Origin: Bacteroidales bacterium
GTDB lineage: Bacteria > Bacteroidota > Bacteroidia > Bacteroidales > VadinHA17
DNA length: 64,000 bases
Assembly (NCBI GenBank): GCA_012513795.1
Contig: JAAZBN010000301.1
Span: 20,433-84,432, forward strand
Direction of reading: 5' to 3'
The notes under the pieces were generated by a model. It was not told the origin of the DNA, did no database searches, and saw nothing but the letters and a program-made list of their open reading frames with translations. Of the stretch, positions 18,870-28,648 are shown piece by piece (position 1 is the first letter of the stretch; every line of letters begins with the position of its first letter). The position numbers were made by a program, and so were the translations under genes.

Positions 18870-18976
18870 TCATTTCTTGTATATTTATCTCCTGACAGGG
18901 AAAGTTGATGACTTTATGTTATTTAATTAAACAATATCATTTTATGCAATTAAATGAAAATGAGTTTTTGTATATC

Positions 18977-20896
18977 ATGAAAGCAGAAAATACCCTAAAT
19001 CAATTAAGTAAATACTGCTTAATATTCTTGCTTTGCTGCACTTTTTCTTCATTTAAAGCAAATGCACAAAACCAGTGTGATGACAAAGTGAATTATATAA
19101 TGGAGGTTCCGATAATTTCAGATATAAAGGTGGAAGGTGTTATGGGGCAGGCAATTGAAAAAGGCATGAATGGTAGATTAAAGACTCTGCCCAGATGGAA
19201 TGAAGGAGAGCTTATAACCGTGTTCAGCAAGGAATCAAGACTTTCAAATACAACAAATGACTGGTATGGTGAACATGCGGGTAAATGGCTTATCACAGCT
19301 TCAAGAGCAGCGTTTCGTTCAGGAGATCGTGAATTAAAAGACCTATTATTGAAAACGGCCGAATATTTAATCAGCACGCAAGAACATAATGGCTATCTGG
19401 GAACCTATTCACTTCAAAGACGAATAACTAATCACCAGGCTTTGACACATGCCACCTCATGGGATGCATGGAATATGAGTTATTTAATATTAGGATTACT
19501 GGAGGTTTACAAGTATTTTCCTGAAGAAAGTTATCTCCTGGCATCAAAAAAAATAGGGGACCTCTTTTTAGAGAATTTCAGTGAAGGCCGGCAGAATATA
19601 ACGGAATATGGAACACGAAGAGGTATTTCTGCAACAGTTATTCTTGATCCTATGGTTGAGCTATTTAGGGAGACAGGAGATAAGCGCTATCTAGATTACT
19701 TGAATTTGGTGATCAGACAAATGGAAGAAAAGGAGGGTTTGAAGCTAATATCATCTGCATTGGATAACCGCGACCTGGAGTGGATAGGAGATGGGAAAAT
19801 CTACCAGCTCTTATGGAACATTACAGCAGTGGCAAAGTTGTACCAGGTAACTGGTAATACTGATTATTTGAGAGCTGCCGAGAATATCTGGAACAAAGTA
19901 CGTAATTATCATCTTACTATCATTGGCGGGCCATGGGGAGGGATAGGCAAACATAAAGAGTGTTTCAATAGCAGAGGATACTGGAGTCCCTACGGATATA
20001 CAGAAACTTGCAGTGTGATGTCATGGATTCAGTTTAATAGTGAAATGTTTAAACTCACGGGTAAGGCAATTTATGTTCAGGAAGTAGAGAAGTCAGTCTA
20101 CAACACACTCCTGGGCGCACAATTTCCTAACGGGATGGACTGGGCATATCATACATTTACTAACGGGGCCTTGCACTCAGCTAATTTTAACGATTGTTGT
20201 CCCTCCAGTGGAGCATTAGCCCTCGAAGAGTTGCCTTCTTTAATATATACAACTACTGATAGGGGAATCGCCTGCAATTTATATTCTGAGAGTTCTGCCA
20301 TTGTAAATATTTCCGGAGTCGGCAGAGTAAAAATAAATCAGAATACAGAATATCCTTTTGATGGGTACGTGAGAATCTCGATTCAGCCTGAGAATATAGC
20401 CAGTTTTCAGGTGCTTCTCAGAATACCTGATTGGGCAAAAGATGCAAGTGTGAAAGTAAATGGCAAGATTATAGATGCCTCAATGATTATGCAGGGTGAT
20501 TACTTAGCCGTGGAAAGGACATGGCAGGCCGGAGATATTATTGATCTTCATTTTCCCATGACATTGAAGGTTATAAGACAAATTGAAGTTTCCATGGCGC
20601 CCCAGCGAGGTGGCCCCATATACCAGGTGCAATGGTTCGCGCTTGCACGCGGTCCTTTGATATATTGCGTGAATGGCCTTATCGGTGGCATGGAAAGAGA
20701 AGAAATCTTTACCCTGCCGGAACATGACCCTGAAACTCTGTTTACATCCATACCAGCCCCAAAAACAGTAAAAGGAGAGGCATATGAATTAAGAATTCCT
20801 GATAAACCATCTTTGATATTTATCCCCTTTATTGAGTCAGGAGAAGGTGTATCTGGAACATGGCGTCTCACATGGGTACAGGAAAAAATCAGGTAG
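18977..20896 (+). CDS. GH127-like glycoside hydrolase (DUF1680; beta-L-arabinofuranosidase family), secreted
   Basis: I prefer ATG 18977 (MKAENTLNQLSKYCLIFLLCCTFSSFKANAQ signal peptide). It has the GH127-type Cys/Glu motifs ETCSVMSW and NDCCPSSGA, which I read as the Zn/catalytic-Cys region of HypBA1-type enzymes. It also has YGEHAGKWL. Confidence 0.75.
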   Translation: MKAENTLNQLSKYCLIFLLCCTFSSFKANAQNQCDDKVNYIMEVPIISDIKVEGVMGQAIEKGMNGRLKTLPRWNEGELITVFSKESRLSNTTNDWYGEHAGKWLITASRAAFRSGDRELKDLLLKTAEYLISTQEHNGYLGTYSLQRRITNHQALTHATSWDAWNMSYLILGLLEVYKYFPEESYLLASKKIGDLFLENFSEGRQNITEYGTRRGISATVILDPMVELFRETGDKRYLDYLNLVIRQMEEKEGLKLISSALDNRDLEWIGDGKIYQLLWNITAVAKLYQVTGNTDYLRAAENIWNKVRNYHLTIIGGPWGGIGKHKECFNSRGYWSPYGYTETCSVMSWIQFNSEMFKLTGKAIYVQEVEKSVYNTLLGAQFPNGMDWAYHTFTNGALHSANFNDCCPSSGALALEELPSLIYTTTDRGIACNLYSESSAIVNISGVGRVKINQNTEYPFDGYVRISIQPENIASFQVLLRIPDWAKDASVKVNGKIIDASMIMQGDYLAVERTWQAGDIIDLHFPMTLKVIRQIEVSMAPQRGGPIYQVQWFALARGPLIYCVNGLIGGMEREEIFTLPEHDPETLFTSIPAPKTVKGEAYELRIPDKPSLIFIPFIESGEGVSGTWRLTWVQEKIR

Positions 20897-21252
20897 CAGG
20901 AAGTGTCATAATATAAAACAATTGTATGGATCTTAAAACAAAATGAGATAATCAGATTTCAGAAAGACTGGTGATTGAATAACAGGGACAATCTTTATGG
21001 GATTAAGTTAATGAAAGGTGGCGTGATCCTCAGTTTTAAAAAAAATCAATACTCTACAAATCAGGTGTATGCTCAGATTCGGACATTCTGCAGGCAAGCC
21101 AGGGGCTTCCAATGAATCCCAATAATAATACGAATTCCGGGGGAGAGCCAGTGACAAAGTTTAAATTTGGTTATTATAGAGATCCGGAACTGCAATTATA
21201 GAGAATTGAAAGGCATTTTATCAGATTTGAGGGATGAGGAATAAATTAATGA

Positions 21253-21289
21253 TAAAGAAATATTTTGATAATTGAAAAATATTTCTTTA
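21253..21289. repeat. Perfect 14-bp AT-rich inverted repeat (stem-loop, 9-nt loop) immediately upstream of the operator
   Basis: TAAAGAAATATTTT (21253-21266) pairs with AAAATATTTCTTTA (21276-21289). Confidence 0.9.
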
Positions 21290-21291
21290 AT

Positions 21292-21307
21292 TGCACAAAC
21301 GTTTGAG
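21292..21307. promoter_or_regulatory. Candidate LacI-type operator TGCACAAACGTTTGAG
   Basis: Palindromic around the central CG (GCaCAAACGTTTGaGC). It lies 24 nt upstream of the transporter ATG. The identical 16-mer recurs at 23309-23324. Confidence 0.5.
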
Positions 21308-21330
21308 CTATTAATTAAATACAGTCAATT

Positions 21331-22332
21331 ATGTTTATCGTAAACTCGTATTCCTGGGCGGTGGTTCTTTGCACAATCACAATGTTATGCTGGGGTTCAT
21401 GGGCAAATACTCAGAAGCTTTCTACAAAAAAATGGGCTTTTCAGTTATTCTATTGGGATTATAGTCTTGGTGTTCTTCTTCTCTCTCTACTGTTGGCCTT
21501 TACACTGGGAAGTACAGGTGGTGAAGGCAGAAGTTTTCTTCCTGATCTTGCCCAGGCAGATTCAAATTCGATTGCAATGGCAATTTTGGGAGGAGTAATA
21601 TTCAATCTGGCTAATATTATGTTAGTAATAGCCATTGATATAGCTGGAATGGCTGTTGCATTCCCGGTAGGCATCGGACTGGCTCTGGTAATTGGAGTAA
21701 TAACAAATTATATAGGAGAACCGGTTGGCAATGCAATACTCTTGTTTACCGGTGTAGCCTTAGTAACAGTGGCAATTATCCTGGATGCCCTTGCTTATCG
21801 AAAAGTGCCATCACACGGAGGAAGAACCCCGGCAAAAGGGATATTGATTTCAATAGTTGCAGGAGTATTAATGGGCTTTTTCTATCGATTTGTTGCCTCT
21901 TCAATGGCGGTCGATTTTGCACAACCTGAGGCAGGAAAGTTAACTCCTTATACTGCATCTGTGATATTCTCGGTAGGGCTATTAGTTTCGAACTTTCTAT
22001 GGAACACAATAGCTATGTATAAACCTGTTGTGGGAGAAAAAGTAACATTCAGAGATTATTTTACACATGGTAATTTTAAACTTCACACCATCGGTATTCT
22101 GGGAGGCGCCATTTGGAGTCTTGGAATGACGTTCAATATTATTGCATCCGGGCAGGCTGGTTTTGCTATCTCTTATGGACTTGGACAGGGGGCAACACTT
22201 ATAGCTGCGTTATGGGGTGTATTTATTTGGAAGGAGTTCAAAGGAGTAAAAGGAGTCAATGGTTTGATATCTATGATGTTTATTCTCTTCATAATTGGCC
22301 TTGGATTGATTATTGCCGCCAAAGTTTATTAA
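21331..22332 (+). CDS. GRP/DMT-type sugar transporter (ribose/glucose uptake-like permease)
   Basis: 333 aa with about 10 TM helices. The N-terminus MFIVNSYSWAVVLCTITMLCWGSWANTQKL matches what I recall for Bacteroidota proteins annotated as GRP family sugar transporters. It sits directly upstream of the ribokinase. Confidence 0.65.
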   Translation: MFIVNSYSWAVVLCTITMLCWGSWANTQKLSTKKWAFQLFYWDYSLGVLLLSLLLAFTLGSTGGEGRSFLPDLAQADSNSIAMAILGGVIFNLANIMLVIAIDIAGMAVAFPVGIGLALVIGVITNYIGEPVGNAILLFTGVALVTVAIILDALAYRKVPSHGGRTPAKGILISIVAGVLMGFFYRFVASSMAVDFAQPEAGKLTPYTASVIFSVGLLVSNFLWNTIAMYKPVVGEKVTFRDYFTHGNFKLHTIGILGGAIWSLGMTFNIIASGQAGFAISYGLGQGATLIAALWGVFIWKEFKGVKGVNGLISMMFILFIIGLGLIIAAKVY

Positions 22333-22337
22333 GACAA

Positions 22338-23303
22338 ATGGATTCTGATATGAGAAAACCAAAAATTGTTGTGATAGGCAGCTCTAACACTGATATGATC
22401 TTAAAACTATCTCATATACCAGGTCCGGGAGAGACTGTATTGGGTGGTGAATTCTCAATTGCTCAGGGTGGCAAAGGAGCAAACCAGGCAGTAGCTTCAG
22501 CCCGTGCTGGTGGTGATGTTGTGTTTATTTCATGCGTTGGTGATGATCAGTTTGGCAAAAAGGCTATTGAAAAGCTGGGAGATGAAGGGATAGAGACTTC
22601 CTATATAAAAGTAATAAGAGATGTTGCCTCCGGAATTGCAATGATTAACGTCGCTGAATCCGGTGAGAATAGTATTTCAGTTGCTCCGGGGGCTAATAGT
22701 TATTTGTTACCTGCAGACATTCAGGTTGCCGAAGATGTAGTTAAAATGGCAGATGTGATTTTAATACAATTGGAAATTCCGGTTGAAACAGTTTTAAAAG
22801 CCGTGAAAATTGCCAGGAAATTCAATGTGCCTGTTATACTCAACCCTGCGCCTGCATGCGCCCTTTCAGACGAACTATTATCAAATATTGATATCATTAC
22901 CCCAAATGAAAACGAAGCTGCTGTCATAGCAGGAATGGAGCCAGTAAGTAGCAGTATTCCTGATCTGGCTGTGTGTCTTTGTAAAAAAGTGTCAGGAACT
23001 GTAATAATTACTCTAGGGAAGGATGGAGCTTATTATTGTCAAAACGATGTCGGAAGGCAAATCGATGGATATAAGGTAAATGTAGTTGATACCACAGCAG
23101 CAGGCGATACCTTTAATGGATACCTGGCAGTTTCACTTGCTTCCGGTAACAGGCTTGAGGATGCAATCAGGATAGCAAACAAGGCAGCCTCATTATCGGT
23201 AATGCGGCTGGGAGCCCAGCCTTCCATTCCATATCTTGATGAAGTGGTTGAGAAATCGACGATTGGGAGAAATTACGATACTGACCTGGGGAAAATTAAA
23301 TAA
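22338..23303 (+). CDS. rbsK: Ribokinase (PfkB family)
   Basis: I prefer ATG 22338 (MDSDMRKPKIVVIGSSNTDM); the tracked 22113 start overlaps the transporter gene. Motifs GGKGANQAVA, NEAA and DTTAAGDTFNG are typical of RbsK. Confidence 0.85.
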   Translation: MDSDMRKPKIVVIGSSNTDMILKLSHIPGPGETVLGGEFSIAQGGKGANQAVASARAGGDVVFISCVGDDQFGKKAIEKLGDEGIETSYIKVIRDVASGIAMINVAESGENSISVAPGANSYLLPADIQVAEDVVKMADVILIQLEIPVETVLKAVKIARKFNVPVILNPAPACALSDELLSNIDIITPNENEAAVIAGMEPVSSSIPDLAVCLCKKVSGTVIITLGKDGAYYCQNDVGRQIDGYKVNVVDTTAAGDTFNGYLAVSLASGNRLEDAIRIANKAASLSVMRLGAQPSIPYLDEVVEKSTIGRNYDTDLGKIK

Positions 23304-23308
23304 ATATA

Positions 23309-23324
23309 TGCACAAACGTTTGAG
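23309..23324. promoter_or_regulatory. Candidate LacI-type operator TGCACAAACGTTTGAG (second identical copy)
   Basis: Exact repeat of 21292-21307, 86 nt upstream of the SusC-like start. Confidence 0.5.
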
Positions 23325-23409
23325 GATATTAATCTCGCATAAGCATCAATGTTTCTATATATGTTATCAACCAATTGTATGTAAATAATCATCTAACCAA
23401 AATTAACCA

Positions 23410-26400
23410 ATGAAAAGCAATCAGTTAAATAGGGGTCGGACTCCTATTTGGGGAAATCTGGTGATGTGTGTGCGGCAGTCGGTAATGCTCCTGCTTCTGA
23501 GCTTAGCAACATTTACCCTGCAAGGCATATCGCATGTCAATGACTCTGAAAAAAATAACGAGAGTCAAATTGACAATTATCTCAAACATAATGATCATCG
23601 GTTTGGAGATGATCTGACTATTATCGGTTCAGTAATCAAAATGACAAAGACCGGGAGCCTGCAATCAAAAGATATAACGGGTAAGGTAACCGCGGAAACC
23701 GGTCAACCTCTAGCCGGTGTTACTGTTTTTGCAAAAGGGACTACCTCAGGTACATTTACTGATAGTGATGGCAGATACAAGCTGTCAATTCCATCAGGTA
23801 CGATGGCATTGGTCTTTTCCTTTGTCGGAATGAAAACAGTTGAGGAGCCGATTGGAAACAGGACAGTTATTGATATGGTGCTTTATGCAGAGGAGATTGG
23901 CCTTGATGAAGTGGTTGTTGTTGGTTACGGAGAGCAAAAAAAGGTAAACCTGACCGGGTCCGTGTCTACAGTACAAAAGGAAGACCTAGTAAAAGTTCCT
24001 TCGGCAAATATTTCTGAAATACTGACAGGTAAGGCTCCAGGTCTGTTAACCAAGCAAAGTACAGGTGTTCCGGGACAGGACTTTACCACTTTGAGTATCA
24101 GGGGATATGATGACCCATTAGTCCTGGTGGATGGAATAGAAACATCCTGGTCGCGATTAGATCCAACTGAGATAGAGTCTATTAGTGTACTGAAGGACGC
24201 TGCTGCAGCTGTTTATGGTAGCAGGGCCGGAAACGGAGTAGTTCTTATTACTACCAAAAGAGGAGCAGGGACAAAGCCTTCAATAAATTATTCCAGCAAT
24301 TTCACATTTCAGAATCCAACAGTACTGCCAGAGTATATCTCTTCATGGAAATATGCTGAAATGTTGCGCGAAGGCGAGTTTAACAGCGGAATTCCTTACA
24401 CATATACCGAGGAGGAGATACAATTATTCAAAGATGGGACAGATCCGGATTACATAAATGAGGATTGGTATAGTGCAATTTTTAGAAACTGGGCCCTCAT
24501 GCAATCTCATAACCTTGGGGTATCAGGAGGAAATGAAAGGGTAAAATTCTTTTTATCCGTCGGATTCCTGGATCAGCAAAGTACTTTCAAATCGGGTGAC
24601 CTGAAATTTGGAAGATACAATGCACGGTCTAATGTAGATGCTCAAATATCGGACAGGTTGTCGGTTTCAATAGATCTTTCATACCGGAATGAACAACGTT
24701 ATGAGCCGCAGGCAACATTTCAGAACAGTGATCCCCTGACAAATATTTGGACCGATTTAAAACTTGCACTTCCCGTTTGGCCTTCCAGACTGCCTGATCC
24801 GAATATAGGTGGCGCTTATTCAGGGTTTACTACAAGGAGTCCTCTGGCACAGACATATAGCGATCTTACAGGCTCCATAGATAACAGACAACAGTACTGG
24901 ACTGGGCGCATCAGCCTGAACTATAAAATTCCCGGAATTAAAGGATTGGAATTTAATGCTGCACTTAATTATACCGGTAACAATACATATGTTAAAAATC
25001 AGGATAAACCATTTGAGGTATTCAGTTATGACTATGCCAATGACCTGTATGTAAGTTGGGGTATTAACGGAGAAAATGCACTTGCCGAAGAGTTTACCAG
25101 TTATACCCAGTTATACCCATTAATTTCATTAAAATATGAGAATACATTTGGGAATCACGCAATTCAGGGTCTTCTTCTGGCAGAAGGAATCAATACGGAC
25201 TATAATTATCTTTCTGGAGGACGAGTAGACCTTTTATCATTGGAAATACCATATATGTTTGCAGGTTCGCCTGAGAATATAACAAATAACAGTGGTGCTG
25301 TTGAGACCGGACGGGTCAGTTATGTTGGAAGGGCTAACTATAGTTTTAAAGGGAAATATCTGGTTGAAGGTACTTTCAGATATGACGCTAGTCATAAATT
25401 CCCCGAGGAGACAAGATGGGGATTTTTCCCGAGTGTGTCAGCCGGATGGAGGATCTCGGAAGAATCTTTTGTGAAGGACAATATTTCATGGATTGATAAT
25501 TTAAAGATCAGAGCTTCCTACAGTAAAGCAGGTGATGACAATGTTAGTGCTTTTAAATACCTTACAGGCTATGAAATATTAAGTGATCCTACACAGGTTT
25601 ATGTTTTCGGGAGTAATGTTTACAGGTTAATCAGGTCAACAGGTCTGCCCAATCCTGACATTACATGGCTTGATATGACAAGCTATAATATAGGCTTGGA
25701 TAGCAGGTTCCTTGATGGACTCATAGGGGTAGAATTCGATCTTTTCTATCGCTTAACTGAGAACATTTTCGGTCAACCGCTGGAGGCTTATCCGTCTACT
25801 TTTGGTGCAACTCTTCCACAGCTTAATTTGAACTCTACTGATGACAGAGGATTTGAACTAACTCTTAGTCACAGAAATAAAATTGGAGGAGATTTTACCT
25901 ACAGTATGGCAGGAACGGTAAGTCTGGCAAGAGAAAAATACAAAGATTGGTCAGAAGTTCTTTATGATGATCCGGATGAAATTAGAATTTATAAGAGAAC
26001 CGGTAACTATACTAACCGATGGATAGGTTATAAAACCGACGGATTGTTCATGAGCCAGCAGGAAATTGATGAGTGTGATGTCAATCAGGATGAGGCTAAT
26101 AATACAACATTGGTACCTGGAGATATACGCTATGTTGACCTTAACGGTGATAAGATAATAGACTGGCGAGATCAGGACCAGATTGGATATGGTACATTTC
26201 CAGATCTTGTATATGCTTTGGATATGCAAGCTGATTACAAGGGGATTGGCGTCACCATCCTTTTTCAGGGAGCATCAATGTTCAACATTAATATTGATGA
26301 CACCTATAGAGGCCCGCTGACAAACTGGGGGCCTCCACTTGAATTTCATTATAAATATCGTTGGCAGCCTGACCCGGCAAACCCCGATATAAATATCAAT

Positions 26401-26712
26401 CCGGATGCCAGACTCCCGGCTCTTGTAGGTGATGGTACCGGAACTCGCACTCATAACAGAAAAACTTCGGACTTTTGGCTACAGGATGCAACATATCTGA
26501 GGTTGAAGAACCTGAATATAAGCTACACTATTCCTCATGAGTTGACCAAAAAAGTAGGCATTCAGGACTTGCGGTTTTTCGTTGCCGGAAGCAATTTGTT
26601 AACAATCAGTAAACTTGGTATTTACAAGAATTCACAGGACCCTGAAGGAGGTGGTCTGAAGTACTATCCTCCGGTTAAAACGGTTTCCTTCGGATTGAAT
26701 GTAACATTATAA
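23410..26712 (+). CDS. SusC/RagA-family TonB-dependent outer membrane transporter (PUL-1)
   Basis: 1100 aa. Carboxypeptidase-regulatory-like domain (ITGKVTAETGQPLAGVTVFAKGTTSGTFTDSDGRYKL). Plug region (VVVVGYGEQKKVNLTGSV). A long beta-barrel follows, and a susD-like gene comes next. Confidence 0.93.
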   Translation: MKSNQLNRGRTPIWGNLVMCVRQSVMLLLLSLATFTLQGISHVNDSEKNNESQIDNYLKHNDHRFGDDLTIIGSVIKMTKTGSLQSKDITGKVTAETGQPLAGVTVFAKGTTSGTFTDSDGRYKLSIPSGTMALVFSFVGMKTVEEPIGNRTVIDMVLYAEEIGLDEVVVVGYGEQKKVNLTGSVSTVQKEDLVKVPSANISEILTGKAPGLLTKQSTGVPGQDFTTLSIRGYDDPLVLVDGIETSWSRLDPTEIESISVLKDAAAAVYGSRAGNGVVLITTKRGAGTKPSINYSSNFTFQNPTVLPEYISSWKYAEMLREGEFNSGIPYTYTEEEIQLFKDGTDPDYINEDWYSAIFRNWALMQSHNLGVSGGNERVKFFLSVGFLDQQSTFKSGDLKFGRYNARSNVDAQISDRLSVSIDLSYRNEQRYEPQATFQNSDPLTNIWTDLKLALPVWPSRLPDPNIGGAYSGFTTRSPLAQTYSDLTGSIDNRQQYWTGRISLNYKIPGIKGLEFNAALNYTGNNTYVKNQDKPFEVFSYDYANDLYVSWGINGENALAEEFTSYTQLYPLISLKYENTFGNHAIQGLLLAEGINTDYNYLSGGRVDLLSLEIPYMFAGSPENITNNSGAVETGRVSYVGRANYSFKGKYLVEGTFRYDASHKFPEETRWGFFPSVSAGWRISEESFVKDNISWIDNLKIRASYSKAGDDNVSAFKYLTGYEILSDPTQVYVFGSNVYRLIRSTGLPNPDITWLDMTSYNIGLDSRFLDGLIGVEFDLFYRLTENIFGQPLEAYPSTFGATLPQLNLNSTDDRGFELTLSHRNKIGGDFTYSMAGTVSLAREKYKDWSEVLYDDPDEIRIYKRTGNYTNRWIGYKTDGLFMSQQEIDECDVNQDEANNTTLVPGDIRYVDLNGDKIIDWRDQDQIGYGTFPDLVYALDMQADYKGIGVTILFQGASMFNINIDDTYRGPLTNWGPPLEFHYKYRWQPDPANPDININPDARLPALVGDGTGTRTHNRKTSDFWLQDATYLRLKNLNISYTIPHELTKKVGIQDLRFFVAGSNLLTISKLGIYKNSQDPEGGGLKYYPPVKTVSFGLNVTL

Positions 26713-26723
26713 TCTTCAAGATC

Positions 26724-28478
26724 ATGAAAAAGTCAAAGTATTTAGTCCTTATTTTTCTCATAATATTAACAGGATGTGAGAATTTTCTGGACAAAGAGCC
26801 ACTTGATATTATTTCTGACGCCCTGGTGTGGGAAGATGAAAACCTGATTAATTCCTATTTAGCTGACCTGTACTACAGAACAGATTTCATGGAGAGAAAA
26901 GGTAATGATGATTGTGTATCTCTTTGTATGATAGCTTCAATGGGTGGGGAAGGAAGATCATATGGGGCGCATCACCAACCATATATAGCCTCTACCAATG
27001 TAATAACAGCGGCTGGTCCAAATGCTCAGCTTGACTATTGGAATTACAAAAATATCAGAGATTGTAACTTCTTTATAGAAAAGATGGACAACAATCCCAA
27101 TTTTGATCAGGCATACAATAAACAGCGAATTGCTGAAGTAAGGTTCCTGAGAGCATATATGTACTTCGAAATGGTAAAAAGATTTGGAGGAGTACCAATT
27201 ATCGTTAAGGCTCAGGCGATGGATGCCACGGAGGAAGAGCTATATCTCCCGCGTAACTCCGAAAAGGAGGTTTATGATTTTATCATTGCTGAGATGGACA
27301 CACTTTCTCAGGAATTGCCAAATGAATATTCGGCTGAGGATAAAGGCAGGCCGACTAAATGGGCGGCATTGGCTCTCAAAAGTCGTGCTGCCCTGTATGC
27401 TGCCAGCATCGCAAAATATGGTCAGGTTCAGTTAGATGGACTACTTGGTTTCCAGTCATCAGATGTAGAATACTATGCGGACCTATCATATGATGCATCT
27501 AAAGCAATCATCAATAATGGCATCCATTTCTTGTATGAGAAACAAGCTGACCCGGTATTAAATTATCAGAATCTTTTCCTAGATGAATCGTCAGACAACA
27601 AGGAAGTGATCATGTCAGAAGTGTATGATTATGCAAAGAACCGGGCACATGCCTTCTCATTACGTACTATGCCACATGATTTCTCCGGGACATGGGCCTC
27701 AATGTATTATTTGTATGACTTTGTTGAAAGGTTTGAGTTTGCAGATGGCAGTCCGGGTAATTCCATTTCAAGGTCACAACTTACAGCAACAGGCTCAGAA
27801 TGGACACCTGCGGAACTTTGGGAGAATCGTGATGCACGTTTCAGGGCAACCGTCTTTTACCCGGAGAGTCCCTGGCAGGGTGGGAAGGTGTTATTTCATT
27901 CTTCTACAATACGGGGTGGAGTTACATATACTTCCGGCTTTGCCGAAGACGGCTGGCCATATAAAGCTTCAACCAGAAACACTACCAAGACCGGATTTAT
28001 GGTCCGAAAGCGTTGTAATGAAAGCATGAAGATGCCAACTGATGTTTTCAACGACCAGACTGATGTAATAATTTTCAGACTCGGAGAGATCTATCTGAAT
28101 CTTGCTGAAGCCGCATATTATCTCAATTTTACAGATGAAGCACTTACAACGCTCAATCGCCTTAGAGAACGGGCAAATATGCCGCCAAAAACAACCATTG
28201 ATGAAGCTACAATTCAGAATGAGAGACTTGTCGAGCTTAGCTGGGAGAATCACAGTTACTGGGATATAAGAAGATGGCGAATTGCCAAGCAACTACTTGA
28301 TGGAGTACGGACCCAGGGATTGGTTTTCACTTATAATTATGATACAAAGAAGTATAGAATCAGGTTGATTGCGGCTGAGGGTGTGGCAAGGATTTTTCAG
28401 GACAGAAATTACTACCTGCCTCTGGGTGTTAGCAGAGTTGCCGAGAACCCCAATTTCGTGGAAAATCCTGATTATTAG
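26724..28478 (+). CDS. SusD/RagB-family surface glycan-binding lipoprotein (PUL-1)
   Basis: Lipobox ILTGC. NFLDKEPLD..., RFLRAYMYFEMVKRFGGVPI and IFRLGEIYLNLAEA are SusD hallmarks. Confidence 0.93.
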   Translation: MKKSKYLVLIFLIILTGCENFLDKEPLDIISDALVWEDENLINSYLADLYYRTDFMERKGNDDCVSLCMIASMGGEGRSYGAHHQPYIASTNVITAAGPNAQLDYWNYKNIRDCNFFIEKMDNNPNFDQAYNKQRIAEVRFLRAYMYFEMVKRFGGVPIIVKAQAMDATEEELYLPRNSEKEVYDFIIAEMDTLSQELPNEYSAEDKGRPTKWAALALKSRAALYAASIAKYGQVQLDGLLGFQSSDVEYYADLSYDASKAIINNGIHFLYEKQADPVLNYQNLFLDESSDNKEVIMSEVYDYAKNRAHAFSLRTMPHDFSGTWASMYYLYDFVERFEFADGSPGNSISRSQLTATGSEWTPAELWENRDARFRATVFYPESPWQGGKVLFHSSTIRGGVTYTSGFAEDGWPYKASTRNTTKTGFMVRKRCNESMKMPTDVFNDQTDVIIFRLGEIYLNLAEAAYYLNFTDEALTTLNRLRERANMPPKTTIDEATIQNERLVELSWENHSYWDIRRWRIAKQLLDGVRTQGLVFTYNYDTKKYRIRLIAAEGVARIFQDRNYYLPLGVSRVAENPNFVENPDY

Positions 28479-28496
28479 ACTGAGTAATTCCGGACA

Positions 28497-28563
28497 GGAA
28501 GATGCCAAAGGGAGAGTGACCGGTGTTTAAAGGAGTTTAATTTGGAATCTTCCGTCATTTTTT
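28497..28563 (+). terminator. Long stem-loop plus T-run after susD (candidate terminator or processing/stability element)
   Basis: GGAAGATGCCAAA (28497-28509) pairs with TTTGGAATCTTCC (28541-28553): 13 bp with 1 mismatch. It is followed by TTTTTT at 28558-28563. Confidence 0.4.
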
Positions 28564-28648
28564 GAACATGATGTCTTTGAGCACAATAACACAGTTTATG
28601 AAGAATCTTTTAACTTGAATAAATTATCAATCTCATTAAGCAATAATT

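Noticed and set aside
22113-22337. 75-codon N-terminal extension of the ribokinase ORF
   Set aside because: It overlaps the 3' end of the transporter gene in another frame and gives a Trp/Cys-rich nonsense-like peptide. The ribokinase homology begins at MRKPKIVVIGSSN.
23410-23700. N-terminal extension of the PUL-1 SusC as a possible STN/anti-sigma signalling domain
   Set aside because: The roughly 55-residue spacer (HVNDSEKNNESQIDNYLKHNDHRFGDD...) does not resemble STN domains, and no ECF sigma/anti-sigma pair is present. The start codon may also lie further downstream.
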